NCBI RefSeq assembly: GCF_006345805.1
Contig: NC_043005.1
Coordinates: 68,572,001-68,636,000 of the forward strand
From: Octopus sinensis
Lineage: Eukaryota
Length of the DNA: 64,000 bases
Reading direction: 5' to 3'
Below the pieces are notes generated by a model, which worked only from the letters and a program-made list of their open reading frames with translations, did not search any database and was not told the DNA's origin. The position numbers and the translations under genes were made by a program. Shown here piece after piece: positions 63,101 to 64,000 of this stretch (positions are counted from its first letter, which is position 1; every line of letters begins with the position of its first letter).

Positions 63101-64000
63101 TACATCCATTGCGAGGATGTTGGTGGCTGGTGGCACGTTTGCGAAACATGCTTGAAATGTTGGTAATCAGAGAGAGAAAGAGAGAGAGATAGAGAGAGAT
63201 AGAGAGGGGGTGGGGAGGGAGTACCTTTCCATGAATAACAATATAGCAAATGAAGTGCCGATTGAGAATGTTGTGGTTGACGAAGAACCTCCAAGTGACT
63301 ACACGTAAAGCAAGGATTTTTTGGTACAGAAGCTATGATTTCTAGATGCTTTGACATCTTTCCTGTCCTTAGTATTATGCATTTATTTCAAATTCATTAT
63401 TTTAAACCTGTCCAAGTCATCAGTTATTAAATTGCTTCTATTCTGTTCAACTGAAATGTACTTTTGTATGTCACTGACATTTGCGCCTCAGTGCAAAATC
63501 GTTATCGAATTACACGTAAGTACAATGTTCATATTATGTTTAAAAGTGTGCTAATATTTGTAAGATGAAGAATCTTTTGCACTATACTATAAAAAGTGTG
63601 AGTTATTCATATTTACAATGGTAGACGTTATACGAACTTCCAACATACAATATTAGATTATGGGCGAGGCAGTCTAGAATTCATATATTCTCAAAATGAC
63701 AAATATAAACTCTAAGTGTTATTTATATCCAACATTGGCGCATAAAAAATTCAGGCATAATAAATTCTTGCTCCAAAGCGGTTTGCTGGCAATTCCAAAT
63801 AGCTAGAATGTTTTAATTGACTCCATCAGTATCACACGGCATTGTATAATTCATTTAAAGTTAGGATACGTTTGAGGTAAAGATTATTTTTGAGGCAATT
63901 ATTATAAACTATTGAATCATTTCCAATTTATAATTGGTACCAAGTTTGTAGACACTGTATTGATACAGAATTTCAAATCGCTTCATTTATTTTTCAGCTC

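Overview
AT-rich, microsatellite-saturated eukaryotic genomic DNA, most likely an Octopus (cephalopod) genome. This assignment is an inference from composition and my recall of the SINE families; it was not checked by a search. There are no prokaryotic genes, operons, rRNA, true tRNA genes or CRISPR arrays. Most listed ORFs are artefacts of simple repeats. The interpretable content is mainly decayed mobile DNA: four tRNA-headed SINE families (including tandem multimers), two full-length mariner copies plus mariner/Tc1 fragments, a Merlin (IS1595/ISXO2-like) transposase pseudogene, a CR1-clade LINE inside a (GAA)n tract, R4/Dong-clade fragments, a non-coding element anchored in (TAA)n, and Penelope-like elements (RT, GIY-YIG, inverted pseudo-LTR). 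The most notable unexplained structure is a series of degenerate minimal type-I hammerhead ribozyme folds (best at 29337-29425), a perfect 40-bp hairpin (29726-29825), SINE multimers joined at a fixed internal point, and small candidate host exons. Those exons include a duplicated, frame-preserving pair encoding NYVTIS. Host-gene calls are tentative.
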